Below are positions 39,917 through 49,691 of a DNA stretch of 64,000 nt, in pieces. This DNA comes from an uncultured Clostridia bacterium. GTDB lineage: Bacteria > Bacillota > Clostridia > Oscillospirales > Oscillospiraceae. The translations under genes were made by a program, and so were the position numbers. The notes under the pieces were generated by a model. The model had not been told where the DNA came from. It did not search any database and saw only the letters and a list, made by a program, of their open reading frames with translations. Within the stretch, counting starts at the first letter, position 1, and every line of letters starts with the position of its first letter. Location of the stretch: contig CAMGRL010000007.1 in the NCBI GenBank assembly GCA_946061515.1, positions 137 through 64,136 on the forward strand, given 5' to 3'.

Positions 39917-40990
39917 TCACAGGATAATCAGCTGCTCCTTGGGGGCCTTGGTGATGACTTCGCAGCCGGTCTCGTTCAATACCATCACATCTTCAATGCG
40001 CACGCCGAACTTTCCGGGCAGGTAGATCCCCGGCTCCGCGCTGACCACCGCGCCCACAGGCATGATGGTCTCGCCGCTGGGATTGGCGCTGGGGGCCTCG
40101 TGGATGTCCAGACCCAGACTGTGGCCGAAGCCGTGGCCGAAATACTGGCCGAAGCCTACGTCAACGATCACCTTGCGGGCCGCGCCGTCGATCTCCTTGC
40201 CGGGGATGCCCGCACGGGCGGCGGCGATACCGGCAAGCTGGGCCTTCAGGACGATGGAATAGATATTTTTCATCTCGTCGGTGGCGCGTCCTACGGCCAC
40301 GGTGCGGGTCATGTCGGAGCAATAGCCGTTTTTCAGGCTGCCGAAGTCCATGGTGATGAAGTCGCCCTCCTGGATCACCTTGTCCCCGGGCACGCCGTGG
40401 GGCAGGCTGGTCTTGGTGCCGGTGACCACGATGGGGTCAAAGGAGTTGCCCTCGCTGCCGTGGCGGAGCATACGGTAGACCAGCTCGGCGGCCACTTCCC
40501 GCTCGGTCATGCCGGGCTTGATGACCTGCAGGGTCTCCTCAAGGGCCAGCTCGCTGATGCGCTGGGCCTGGCGCATGTACTCGATCTCCTCGTCGCACTT
40601 TGCGGCGCGCAGGCCGGAGAGGATCTCCTGGGCGGGCAGAAGAGACATACCCAGGCTCTTTTCCAGACCAAGATATTCGCCGTGGCTCAGCTTCTGCTCC
40701 TCCGCGCCCAGACGGGAGACCTTTGCCTCCTGCAGTGCGGCGGTGAGCAGGGAAAGGCGGCTGTGCTGCCGGTCGAACATCTGCACGGTGACGCAGCTGT
40801 CCACGCTGCTTTCCGCCGCCTCTATGTAGCGGGAATCGGTGAGCAGCCAGGCCTTTTCACGGCTGACAAGCACATAACCGTCGGTAAAGGGGAAGCCGGC
40901 GGCGTAGCGCTGATTTTTTTCGTCGGTGATCAGGATGGCGTCCAGCCCCTTCTCACACAGTTTTTCCTGAATTTTTGCAATACTGTTCAT
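39917..40990 (-). CDS. M24B Xaa-Pro aminopeptidase/dipeptidase
   Basis: 357 aa with a creatinase-like N-domain and metal ligands in DFGSLKNGYCSDMTRT, HGFGHSLGLDIHE and VSAEPGIY..IRIEDV. Confidence 0.88.
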   Translation of the reverse strand: MNSIAKIQEKLCEKGLDAILITDEKNQRYAAGFPFTDGYVLVSREKAWLLTDSRYIEAAESSVDSCVTVQMFDRQHSRLSLLTAALQEAKVSRLGAEEQKLSHGEYLGLEKSLGMSLLPAQEILSGLRAAKCDEEIEYMRQAQRISELALEETLQVIKPGMTEREVAAELVYRMLRHGSEGNSFDPIVVTGTKTSLPHGVPGDKVIQEGDFITMDFGSLKNGYCSDMTRTVAVGRATDEMKNIYSIVLKAQLAGIAAARAGIPGKEIDGAARKVIVDVGFGQYFGHGFGHSLGLDIHEAPSANPSGETIMPVGAVVSAEPGIYLPGKFGVRIEDVMVLNETGCEVITKAPKEQLIIL

Positions 40991-42384
40991 ATTCCTGTTT
41001 CCTCCGATGTTGGCCGCGGAAAGCTGACGATAAATCGTGAGCCCTGCGGTTTATTTTGCCCCACAGCGATGGTGCCCCCATGGGCGAGCACCGCGTCGTG
41101 TACTATACTCAAACCAAGTCCGCTGCCGCCGGCCTCCCGTGAACGGGCTTTGTCCACGCGGTAGAACCTGGAGAATATATTCAGTCTGTCCTCTTCCGGG
41201 ATGCCTATTCCCGTGTCCTCCACGGTGAGATAGATGTGCTCCTCGTCCCCCTTCAGGATCAGGCGGACGCTGCCTCCCGGCACATTGTATTTGACGGCGT
41301 TTTCCGTCAGGTTAAAGATGATGTGGAACATGTCGTCGGTGTTGGCCATGACCACGCAGCCCTCGGCCAGCTCGCTGCGGATCTTCACCTGCTTTTCCTC
41401 CGCCAGGGGCCGCAGCATCACCAGCGCGTCCAGGGATACTTGCTTTACATCCACCGGCTCCGGCAGGACCTGCACCCCGTCGTCCAGTCTGGACAGGTCC
41501 AGCAGCTTTTCCGTGGTGCGCTGGAGCCGTTCAGCCTCGTTGCCGATATCGGTGACAAATTCGCGGGCGGTGTCCATGTCGATATTTTCGCTCTGCACAA
41601 TGCTGTCCGCCAGCAGGCGGATGGAGGCCAGAGGAGTTTTCAGCTCATGGGAGGCGTCGGACACGAAGCGGCGGCGCTGCCGCTCGGTCTCGTCCAGCCG
41701 CTGGGTCAGAAGATTGAACTCGTTTCCCAGCTCCGCCAGCTCGTCCTGTCCGCGCACGGCAAGGCGGTGGCTGTAATCCCCGCCGGCCACAATGCGCATG
41801 GAGCGCACCAGCTCCTGCATGCGGCGAAGCAGAAGATTGAAAATGATGACGGCCACGACCAGCACGATGAGCACGAGGGTCACGGACATGACCCGGATCT
41901 CGCTTTGAATGTCCAGAATGATCCTGGCCCGCTCCGTGTCATACTCGGTGAGATACACGGCGCCCCTGGTGCTGCCCTGGCTGCTCACCGGCATGGCGTA
42001 GGCGCTGGAAAAGGCGCTGTCGGCAAAGAGAGAGCGAAACACCGTTTTGCCCGACAGGGCCGTGAGGATGTCCTCCAGCTCCGTGGTCACGCCGGTGCGG
42101 CCGCCGTCGTCGTACAGGACGGTGCCCTCCGCGTCGGTCACCACCATGCGGGAAAAGCCAGTGATATCCAGGATCCGCAGCACCTCGGTGATGCTCTCCT
42201 GACTCAGCCGCTCAAGGCCGGACAGAGAAGAGGCGATGACCGCCGCCTGGCTGGACAGGGAGTCCCGCTTCTCCTCAAAAACCAGATCCCGGGAGGAGGC
42301 GATGGGGAGAATGTTCAGCAGGATCAGCAGCACCAGCATGATGACGGAAATAAAGGCCAAAAACTGAAATCGGATACTGTGCAT
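40987..42384 (-). CDS. Sensor histidine kinase (two TM helices, HAMP, HisKA, HATPase_c)
   Basis: The H-box is FVSDASHELKTPL, the N-box is ENAVKYN, G1 is VEDTGIGIP and G2 is GGSGLGLSIV. 4-nt overlap with pepP. Confidence 0.88.
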   Translation of the reverse strand: MHSIRFQFLAFISVIMLVLLILLNILPIASSRDLVFEEKRDSLSSQAAVIASSLSGLERLSQESITEVLRILDITGFSRMVVTDAEGTVLYDDGGRTGVTTELEDILTALSGKTVFRSLFADSAFSSAYAMPVSSQGSTRGAVYLTEYDTERARIILDIQSEIRVMSVTLVLIVLVVAVIIFNLLLRRMQELVRSMRIVAGGDYSHRLAVRGQDELAELGNEFNLLTQRLDETERQRRRFVSDASHELKTPLASIRLLADSIVQSENIDMDTAREFVTDIGNEAERLQRTTEKLLDLSRLDDGVQVLPEPVDVKQVSLDALVMLRPLAEEKQVKIRSELAEGCVVMANTDDMFHIIFNLTENAVKYNVPGGSVRLILKGDEEHIYLTVEDTGIGIPEEDRLNIFSRFYRVDKARSREAGGSGLGLSIVHDAVLAHGGTIAVGQNKPQGSRFIVSFPRPTSEETGI

Positions 42385-42387
42385 CGT

Positions 42388-43074
42388 TCAGCTCCTGTCC
42401 GCAAAGTAGTAACCCACACCCCACTTGGTGATGATATACTCCGGATGGGCCGGGTCCAGCTCCAGCTTCTCCCGGAGCCGGCGCACATGCACGTCCACGG
42501 TCCGGGTGTCGCCCTGATAGTCATAGCCCCAGACCAGATCCAGCAGGCTCTCCCGGCTGTATACCCTGCCGGGGTTTCTCATCAGAAATTCGATGAGATC
42601 GAACTCCTTTAAGGTCAGCTCCACGGGGACGCCGTTTTTCTCCGCGCTGCGCCGCTCCGGGTCAATGGTGATATGGCCCCGCTTCAGCACGGAGGCGCTT
42701 TCCTGGGGCGCGGCAATGCTGGCCCGGCGCAGCAGCGCCCGGACCCGGGCCTTCAGCTCCAGAATGTTGAAGGGCTTTGTCACATAGTCGTCCGCCCCGG
42801 ACTCAAAGCCCATGAGCAGATCGGCCCCCTCGCTGCGGGCGGTGAGCATGATGATGGGCACGGTGGAAAAGCTCCGGATCTCCTGACAGGCCTGAAGCCC
42901 GTCCTTCCTGGGCATCATCAGGTCCAGAATGATCAGGTCGTACTCTCCGGTGCGGGCCATGTTCACGGCGTCCTCGCCGTCGTAGCCCGCGTCCACGGTG
43001 TAGCCCTCGTTCTCCAGATTGAATTTTATGCCTTTGACCAGCAGCCGCTCGTCGTCAACGACCAGTATTTTCAT
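42388..43074 (-). CDS. OmpR-family response regulator
   Basis: MKILVVDDE..DLIILDLMMP, and a winged-helix C-terminus ending TKWGVGYYF. Confidence 0.92.
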   Translation of the reverse strand: MKILVVDDERLLVKGIKFNLENEGYTVDAGYDGEDAVNMARTGEYDLIILDLMMPRKDGLQACQEIRSFSTVPIIMLTARSEGADLLMGFESGADDYVTKPFNILELKARVRALLRRASIAAPQESASVLKRGHITIDPERRSAEKNGVPVELTLKEFDLIEFLMRNPGRVYSRESLLDLVWGYDYQGDTRTVDVHVRRLREKLELDPAHPEYIITKWGVGYYFADRS

Positions 43075-43077
43075 GCG

Positions 43078-43461
43078 TTACCCCTCAACGTATATGTATT
43101 CCTCGATGGCGGAAAACCGGCCTTCGCCGATGCCGGATACCTTCATTATATCCTCAATGGAGGAAAAATTGCCGTTTTCCTCCCGATATTCAACAATGGC
43201 CTGAGACAGGACCGTACCGATCCCGGGCAGCTTCGTCAACTCCTCCGCCGTGGCGGTGTTGATGTTCAGCTTTTCGTCGGGCAGCAGCTCCAGCGCGGTC
43301 TGCTCCCCGTCGCCGCCGGTGAGTATGGCCTCTTCGGAGGCGGCCTTGGCGGAGATCTCCACAGGCTTCCAGACGCGCCAGGGAAAGCGCAGCAGCAAAA
43401 CGGCGGCGGAAAACACAAGCACAGCTGACAGGCTGAGAATCAGGGCCCGTTTTCTGCTCAC
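43078..43461 (-). CDS. comEA: ComEA-family helix-hairpin-helix DNA-binding protein
   Basis: One TM helix followed by LNINTATAEELTKLPGIGTVLSQAIVEYREENGNFSSIEDIMKVSGIGEGRF. The GTG start at 43461 after GGGAGGGA is preferred over the ORF-track ATG at 43518. Confidence 0.78.
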   Translation of the reverse strand: MSRKRALILSLSAVLVFSAAVLLLRFPWRVWKPVEISAKAASEEAILTGGDGEQTALELLPDEKLNINTATAEELTKLPGIGTVLSQAIVEYREENGNFSSIEDIMKVSGIGEGRFSAIEEYIYVEG

Positions 43462-43604
43462 GACTTGTCCCTCCCGGATAATTCTGGTGTGATTTGGTGT
43501 TGCAATTCCGCGCCGCAAACCTTATAATGTTTCCCACGGACATTGATTCGGATATAACCCTGAGTATATACTATAACACATTCCGGGAAAAACGGGAGAA
43601 CAAA

Positions 43605-45101
43605 ATGAAAAAAATTAAACTTTTCCCTCTGATTTTAATTTTCTGCCTGGTACTTGCCGCCTGGTCCCCGGCAGCACTGGCGCTGGATGAGCCGGAACTG
43701 GCCGTTCAGGCGGCGGTGCTCGCCGATCTGGACAGCGGCAGGATCATTTATTCAAAAAACATGGATGAGCAGCGTTCTCCCGCCAGCCTGACCAAGATCA
43801 TGACCGGCCTTCTGGCCATCGAGGCGGTGGAGAGCGGCCAGTGCAGCATGGACGAGATGGTCACCGCCCCGGCGGACTGCCAGCAGGGCATGGACAGCTC
43901 CAGCAGCAACGCCAGCATTGTCTCCGGCGAGGAGATGAGCTTCGGCGATTACGTCAAGTGCGCCCTGATCCACTCAGCCAACGACGCCTGCAATGTCATT
44001 GCCGTCCGCGTGGCCGGAAGTATTGACGCCTTCGTGGCGCAGATGAACCAGCGGGCCGCGGAGCTGGGTTGCACCAGTACCAGCTTTGCCGACCCCAACG
44101 GCTTGTCTTCTTCCAACAAGACCACTGCCTATGACCTCTATCTTATTACAAAAGAGGCCATAAAGCATGAGCAGTTTATGAATATCTGCAACACGGACTA
44201 TTTTGAAGTCCCGGCCACCAACGTGAACCCGGCCCGCAGCTATTACAGCTCCAACGCACTGCTCACGGCCAACGGCACTTACGGCGCCGGCTATGTGTAT
44301 GAGTACGCCGCCGGCGTAAAAACCGGCTTTACTCAGGCAGCCGGGTACTGCCTGGTGTCCACCGCGGAGAAGGACGGCGTCAGGATACTGGCGGTAGTTC
44401 TGGGCGGCGGCGGAGCGCTGAACACCGGCGCCAGCACCTATGACAACTTTACCGACTCCATCAAGCTCTACGACTGGGTGTTCGGCAACTTCTCCTACCG
44501 GGAGACGGTCTCCGCCGCCGACCCGGTGCTGAAGGTTACCGTGCAGCTTGCCGAGGGGGACGGAAGCGCCGTTCTCCGGGCGGCGGGGAATGTGTCCCTG
44601 CTGCTGCCCAACGACGTGGACGAGACCGGACGCCAGCTTGAGTGCACGGTGTACGAGGACAGACTGGTGGCGCCCATTGAGGCGGGCACGGTTCTGGGTC
44701 AGGCCAACATTATTATCGACGGCGTGAACTACGGCACTATAGACCTGGTTACCAACACGAAGATCGAGATGTCCAAGACGGCCTTTCTGAAGCAGCAGCT
44801 GGGCGAGATCTTTTCCAAAGGCTGGGTGAAGGCCCTCATCATCATCGTGGGGATCCTGCTCCTCGGCTATGTTGCCCTGGTGCTGCGCTACCGCAGCCTG
44901 CGCCGGAAGCACCTGAAGGAGAAGAAGCGGGCTGAGCAGCGCCGCCGTCAGGAGCGGGAGCAGCTGTACCGCCGTGACGAGAAACCCACCGTAAAGGAGC
45001 CCACCCAGCGGATCAACCCAGCCGAACTGGAGGGCCAATTCGCCAGTTTTGAGGATTACGACTCGATCCTGAAAGAATACCACAACAAAGATAAACGATA
45101 A
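43605..45101 (+). CDS. Serine-type D-Ala-D-Ala carboxypeptidase (S11, PBP5/DacB-like) with a C-terminal TM helix and a charged tail
   Basis: Has a signal peptide, the SxxK motif PASLTKIMT, SAND (SxN) and KTGFT (KTG). The start at 43605 is MKKIKLFPL. Confidence 0.88.
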   Translation: MKKIKLFPLILIFCLVLAAWSPAALALDEPELAVQAAVLADLDSGRIIYSKNMDEQRSPASLTKIMTGLLAIEAVESGQCSMDEMVTAPADCQQGMDSSSSNASIVSGEEMSFGDYVKCALIHSANDACNVIAVRVAGSIDAFVAQMNQRAAELGCTSTSFADPNGLSSSNKTTAYDLYLITKEAIKHEQFMNICNTDYFEVPATNVNPARSYYSSNALLTANGTYGAGYVYEYAAGVKTGFTQAAGYCLVSTAEKDGVRILAVVLGGGGALNTGASTYDNFTDSIKLYDWVFGNFSYRETVSAADPVLKVTVQLAEGDGSAVLRAAGNVSLLLPNDVDETGRQLECTVYEDRLVAPIEAGTVLGQANIIIDGVNYGTIDLVTNTKIEMSKTAFLKQQLGEIFSKGWVKALIIIVGILLLGYVALVLRYRSLRRKHLKEKKRAEQRRRQEREQLYRRDEKPTVKEPTQRINPAELEGQFASFEDYDSILKEYHNKDKR

Positions 45102-45107
45102 GACAGA

Positions 45108-45139
45108 CAGCGCACGAAGGAGGGATTCTTCGTGCGCTG
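45108..45139 (+). terminator. Hairpin after the carboxypeptidase gene
   Basis: cagcgcacgaag (45108-45119) pairs with cttcgtgcgctg (45128-45139). The T-tract is weak. Confidence 0.5.
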
Positions 45140-45188
45140 TTAACTTCTTAACGGCAGCTTAACGCCTTGCTATGCTATAATGATTGCC

Positions 45189-46268
45189 ATGAAAAAGCTG
45201 AAAAAACAATGGAAAAAATATTTCCCCCTGTGCCTGAAGGACTGGCTGGTATTTTTTGCCACCATGGGACTGACCTCCGGTATCTGCCAGACGCTGAAGG
45301 GCGTCAGCAGCTCAAACGTGCATGTGCCCATGATCTTTGTGCTGGCAGTGCTGATCGTCTCCCTGCTCACCGACGGCTACTTTTACGGCGCCCTTGCCGC
45401 GCTGATCAGTGTTGTGGGGGTGAACTGGGCCTTCACCTATCCCTATTTTAAGCTGGATTTTTCCGTCTACGGCTATCCCCTCACCTTTATGACCATGCTG
45501 GCCGTGGGCTTTGCGGTCTCCACCCTGACCTCCAGAGTCAAGGAGCAGGAGCGTATCCGGCTGGAGTCGGAAAAGGAGAAGATGCGGGCCAACCTGCTCC
45601 GGGCCATCTCTCACGACCTTCGCACGCCCCTCACCTCCATCAGCGGCTCCATCAGCGCGGTGCTGGAAAACGGGGACAGTCTGGGCGAAACCCAGTGCAA
45701 GGAGCTTTTGCAGGACGCGAAAAAAGACGCGGACTGGCTCTGCCGCATGGTGGAAAATCTGCTGTCCATCACCCGCATCAGCGGCGATGATGTCCGGGGC
45801 ATACAGAAGCAGGACGAGGCGCTGGAGGAGGTCCTCAGCGAGGTGGTGCTGAACTTCCGCAAAAGGAACCCGGACGTGGAGGTCTCCGTCACCGTGCCGG
45901 AGACACTGCTGCTTGTGCCCATGGACGCCATGCTCATCGAGCAGGTGGTGCTGAACCTGCTGGATAACGCCGTGTCCCACGGAAAGACCACCAGCAAGAT
46001 CCGGATCAACGCCTCGGCGGGCAGCGAATACGCCACAATAACCGTGTCTGACAACGGCAGGGGGATAGAACCGGCAGAGATGAAGCACCTGTTTGACGGA
46101 AGTTTGCAGCTTCGCAGCCGGGAGACGGCGGACAACAGCCGCAGCATGGGCATCGGCCTGCTGCTCTGCCGCACCATCGTGGAGGCCCACGGCGGCCAGA
46201 TCAGCGCCTGCAACCTGCCCGGCGGCGGGGCGAGCTTTACTTTTACGCTCAGGAGGGGAAAACAATGA
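45189..46268 (+). CDS. Sensor histidine kinase with a KdpD-type (DUF4118) membrane domain but no N-terminal Kdp sensor domain
   Basis: The TM bundle includes PMIFVLAVLIVSLLTDGYFYGALAALISVVGVNWAFTYPYF. The H-box is LLRAISHDLRTPL. Also has LLDNAVSHG, DNGRGI and MGIGLLLC. An alternative ATG is at 45180. Confidence 0.85.
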   Translation: MKKLKKQWKKYFPLCLKDWLVFFATMGLTSGICQTLKGVSSSNVHVPMIFVLAVLIVSLLTDGYFYGALAALISVVGVNWAFTYPYFKLDFSVYGYPLTFMTMLAVGFAVSTLTSRVKEQERIRLESEKEKMRANLLRAISHDLRTPLTSISGSISAVLENGDSLGETQCKELLQDAKKDADWLCRMVENLLSITRISGDDVRGIQKQDEALEEVLSEVVLNFRKRNPDVEVSVTVPETLLLVPMDAMLIEQVVLNLLDNAVSHGKTTSKIRINASAGSEYATITVSDNGRGIEPAEMKHLFDGSLQLRSRETADNSRSMGIGLLLCRTIVEAHGGQISACNLPGGGASFTFTLRRGKQ

Positions 46269-46975
46269 CCATAAAGGATAAGGTCCTGGTGGTGGAGGAC
46301 GAAAAGAGTATTTCCGGCTTTATCCGGGCAATCCTGACGGCAAACGGCTTTGACGTGATCGTGGCCCACTCCGGCAGCGAGGCCTATTCCATGATCAGCT
46401 CTCACTGCCCGGACCTGGTGGTGCTGGACCTGGGTCTGCCGGATATGGACGGCATGGAGATCATTGAGACGGTCCGCCAGTGGACTCAGATCCCCATTGT
46501 GGTGGTCTCGGCCAGAAGCTACGAGCGGGATAAGGTCCAGGCCCTGGAGAAGGGGGCGGACGACTATATCACCAAGCCCTTTGGCGCGGCGGAACTGCTG
46601 GCCCGGATCCGGGTGGCCATCCGCCATACCCGCACGGGCCTTGCCAACAGCGCCATCGCCAGCACCGGCAAATTTACCGCCGGGGACCTGACCATAGACT
46701 ATGACAAGCACCAGGTGCTGATCCGGGGCGAAAACGCCCACTTGACCCAGAACGAGTTTCGCATCGTGGCCCTTTTGGGCAAGTGCGCCGGAAAGGTGCT
46801 GACCTATGATTTTATTATGAAAGAGCTGTGGGGCCCCCAGAGCAAGGGGAGCAACCAGATCCTCCGGGTGAACATGGCCAACATCCGCCGGAAGATCGAG
46901 AAAAACCCGGCGGAGCCCCAGTATATCTTCACGGAAGTGGGCGTAGGCTACCGCATGATCGAGGGCGACTCTTAG
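46265..46975 (+). CDS. OmpR/KdpE-like response regulator
   Basis: VLVVEDE..DLVVLDLGLPDMDG..K and a winged helix ending TEVGVGYRM. 4-nt overlap with the kinase gene. Confidence 0.9.
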   Translation: MTIKDKVLVVEDEKSISGFIRAILTANGFDVIVAHSGSEAYSMISSHCPDLVVLDLGLPDMDGMEIIETVRQWTQIPIVVVSARSYERDKVQALEKGADDYITKPFGAAELLARIRVAIRHTRTGLANSAIASTGKFTAGDLTIDYDKHQVLIRGENAHLTQNEFRIVALLGKCAGKVLTYDFIMKELWGPQSKGSNQILRVNMANIRRKIEKNPAEPQYIFTEVGVGYRMIEGDS

Positions 46976-47079
46976 CGGAACATTTACAGCCCTTCCTCTC
47001 TCCTTAACCCCCTTTTTACCGGCCCTTCTGCTACAATAAAGCCAGAACCCGGGTAAACGGGAGAAATAAGGAGGTAGCT

Positions 47080-47646
47080 ATGGAAGAGCTGTTGAAAGAA
47101 TCCCTGAGAGAAGACGAAAAGCTGCTGTGGAGCGGCCGCCCGGAGGCCTTTGAGACCCTGGACAAGACACATAAAAGCCCCTTTATCCGGAGAGGGATCA
47201 TCACGGCGGTGGTGACGGTCGCCCTCTGCGTGGCCTATGTGATCCTGGTCAGGGCAAAAGAAGCGCCGGTGAAGCCCGCTGTGCTGATCATTGTGGTGGC
47301 CTGCGGCGTCTTTATCATTGTGCGCGGACTGCTCGACGCATCCAAGATCAGAAAGCGCACAAGCTACGCCATCACCGACAAGCGGATGCTTATTCTGACC
47401 GATACCGCCAAATCGGTTGAATATTCCGCCATCAATATGGCAAAGCTGGACCGGGATGAGGACGGACATACCTCTCTGCTCTGCGGTGAGGACGCGATAA
47501 AGGCGAGACCCTGGAAGCGGAGAGCGGCGGTACTCAGCGGCGCGATTACCAACGAAAATACGGGCATGTGCGAGCGGTTTGTGATGTATGCCCTTCCCGA
47601 CGCCGATAAAATCAAAGAAATTCTGAAGCCATACCTTCCTCTTTGA
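47080..47646 (+). CDS. Hypothetical two-TM membrane protein, possibly bacterial PH-domain-like
   Basis: 188 aa. LLWSGRP precedes two TM helices, then YAITDKRMLIL. RBS is AAGGAGG. No catalytic motif recognised. Confidence 0.45.
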   Translation: MEELLKESLREDEKLLWSGRPEAFETLDKTHKSPFIRRGIITAVVTVALCVAYVILVRAKEAPVKPAVLIIVVACGVFIIVRGLLDASKIRKRTSYAITDKRMLILTDTAKSVEYSAINMAKLDRDEDGHTSLLCGEDAIKARPWKRRAAVLSGAITNENTGMCERFVMYALPDADKIKEILKPYLPL

Positions 47647-47657
47647 AAAAACCCAGC

Positions 47658-47695
47658 AAAAAGACAGCACCGGAATTGTCGGTGCTGTCTTTTTT
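47658..47695. terminator. Bidirectional hairpin between the convergent membrane protein gene and spoIVB
   Basis: aaaagacagcaccg gaattgt cggtgctgtctttttt. Confidence 0.72.
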
Positions 47696-47706
47696 CCTGT
47701 CTGCTG

Positions 47707-48699
47707 TCAGGCGACTTTGTCCTCAATTTCCGCAGTTTCCAGCATGTCCTGAATACTGATGCCGTAGCCCTTGGTGGGGTCGTTGACAAACACATGGGTC
47801 ACCGCGCCCACCAGACAGCCGTTCTGGAGAATGGGGCTGCCGCTCATGCCCTGTACGATGCCGCCGGTGGCGGCGCAGAGCTCAGGGTCCGTGACGGTCA
47901 GCATCACCCGGGTACAGCCGCTTTCGCTGTACACCCGGTTGATCTCCACCGCGTATTCCTTAGGCTCATTGCCGCTGACCGTGGAAATAATGGAGGCGCT
48001 GCCGGTTTGAATTTTGCCGGTCTCCACTACCTTGCCGCCCAGGGACACATAGCTGTGCCCATAGATCCCCTTTTCCGTGTTCTTCTCCACACTGCCCAGG
48101 ATCTTGCCGGTGTCGGCAGCGCCGGTCAGCTCGCCCGGCGCGCCCTGAGACCCGGGCACGACGCCCACGATCTGGGCGCTGCTGATGCTGCCGTCGCCCA
48201 GAGGCAGGATCACGCCGCTGTCCTCGTCATTCACGCTGTGGCCCAGCGCGCCGTAGACCCCGGTGTCCGGGTCGCAAAAGGTCAGGGTGCCAATGCCGGA
48301 TATGCCGTCACGAAGCCACATGCCCAGCATCCACTGGTTCTCGCCGGACAGCACCGGCTGCACCGTCATTTCCACTGTTTTCCCGTCTCTCAGCGCCGTG
48401 ACCGGAGCGCTCTGCCCGTTCAGCGCCGCCACCGCGTCAATAAAATCCGCCGCGCAGCTTACTTTTCTCTCGCCGATTTTGATAATGATGTCGCCCTGGC
48501 GGAAGCCTGCGTCGGCGGCAGGGGACTTTTTGCCCTCCGCCGTCTCTATGGAGGCCAGCCCCGCCACCATGACGCCGTCGGTATTGAGCTGTATCCCCAC
48601 CGGCTGCCCGCCTACCATAAGCTCCATGGCATAAGCCGCCGTGGGCATGGCAGAGACCAGCGCCAGACACATCAGCGCTGTGATGATCGTTTTTTTCAT
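47707..48699 (-). CDS. spoIVB: SpoIVB sporulation signalling serine peptidase (S55) with a PDZ domain
   Basis: The PDZ region is GFRQGDIIIKIGERKV. S55 motifs are GTLTFCDPDTGVYGALGH and GMSGSPILQNGCLVGAVTHVFVNDPTKGYG. Confidence 0.87.
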   Translation of the reverse strand: MKKTIITALMCLALVSAMPTAAYAMELMVGGQPVGIQLNTDGVMVAGLASIETAEGKKSPAADAGFRQGDIIIKIGERKVSCAADFIDAVAALNGQSAPVTALRDGKTVEMTVQPVLSGENQWMLGMWLRDGISGIGTLTFCDPDTGVYGALGHSVNDEDSGVILPLGDGSISSAQIVGVVPGSQGAPGELTGAADTGKILGSVEKNTEKGIYGHSYVSLGGKVVETGKIQTGSASIISTVSGNEPKEYAVEINRVYSESGCTRVMLTVTDPELCAATGGIVQGMSGSPILQNGCLVGAVTHVFVNDPTKGYGISIQDMLETAEIEDKVA

Positions 48700-48803
48700 G
48701 CCAAAATTTTCTCCCTCCCGCGTGAAATCACCGCACTATCATTATGTGCGCCGGCAGAGAAAATAAAGGCGGATAAATATTTCAGTTTTCCAATTTTTCC
48801 ACA

Positions 48804-48841
48804 GAAAAAACGGCCGATGCGAAGCTTCAACGGCCGTTTTT
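48804..48841 (-). terminator. Hairpin after mscS
   Basis: aaaaaacggccg ... cggccgttttt, a short GC stem extended by A/T pairs. Confidence 0.5.
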
Positions 48842-48845
48842 GGAA

Positions 48846-49676
48846 TTATTTCTCAACAATATGCACGTTCATGTGCTCATAGGTCATGCTGATGCCGTTG
48901 CGGTCAAAGGCGGCTCTCACCCGCTCGTTCATGCCGAAATACACATCCCAGTAGTCGGAATTTTTGCACCAGAGCCGGACAACATATTCGATGCAGCTGT
49001 CCTTGTACTGATTCAGGGCGATAAAGGGCGCGGGCTCGGTCCTGATCCGCTCGTCCTCCGCCGCGGCCTCCAGAATGGCGGCCTTCACGTCCTCCGTGGC
49101 GTCGTCATAGGAGGCGCAGAACTTCATATCCACCCGGCGCAGCTCCTCTTTGCTGTAGTTGATAATGGAAGCGGCGGTCACATCGCCGTTGGGGATGTTG
49201 ATGACCGTGTTGTCCACCGTGTCCATCATGGTGTAGAACAGACCCATGCTCTTGATGGTGCCGGTCTTTCCCGCGATGTCCACAAAATCTCCGGCCACAA
49301 AGGGCTTGGAGATCAGAAGGGTGATGCCGGAGAAAAGATTGGACATGATGTTCTGCACCGACAGGGACAGAGCCAGGCCTACCACACTGACCAGCGCCAC
49401 TAAAGAGGTGGTGGGGATGCCCAGGGCGTCCGCCACGATGATCACCGTCAGGATCCACATGATGCCCCGCACGGCGGAGCGGATGAAGCCGCCCAGGGTG
49501 CCGTCGATCTTTTTGGAGCGGCCCAGCAGCTTGTCCGTCAGCTTGGTCAGCAGCCAGATGGCCAGCAGGCAGATGGCCAGCGTGATCAACGCGGGAAGGA
49601 TCTTTGACAGGCCCAGAGACGCGGTAAAGGCTTTGAATGAAAAGTTATCCAAATCAAAATTGATCGCATTGCTCAT
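48846..49676 (-). CDS. mscS: Small-conductance mechanosensitive channel (MscS family)
   Basis: 276 aa with three TM helices, then NLFSGITLLISKPFVAGDFVDIAGKTGTIKSMGLFYT..D..V.IPNG. Confidence 0.88.
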   Translation of the reverse strand: MSNAINFDLDNFSFKAFTASLGLSKILPALITLAICLLAIWLLTKLTDKLLGRSKKIDGTLGGFIRSAVRGIMWILTVIIVADALGIPTTSLVALVSVVGLALSLSVQNIMSNLFSGITLLISKPFVAGDFVDIAGKTGTIKSMGLFYTMMDTVDNTVINIPNGDVTAASIINYSKEELRRVDMKFCASYDDATEDVKAAILEAAAEDERIRTEPAPFIALNQYKDSCIEYVVRLWCKNSDYWDVYFGMNERVRAAFDRNGISMTYEHMNVHIVEK

Positions 49677-49691
49677 TGTTTCCTCTCCTTC

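Noticed and set aside
39815-42612. Plus-strand ORFs 39815..41164 and 41236..42612
   Set aside because: These are shadows of pepP and the histidine kinase.
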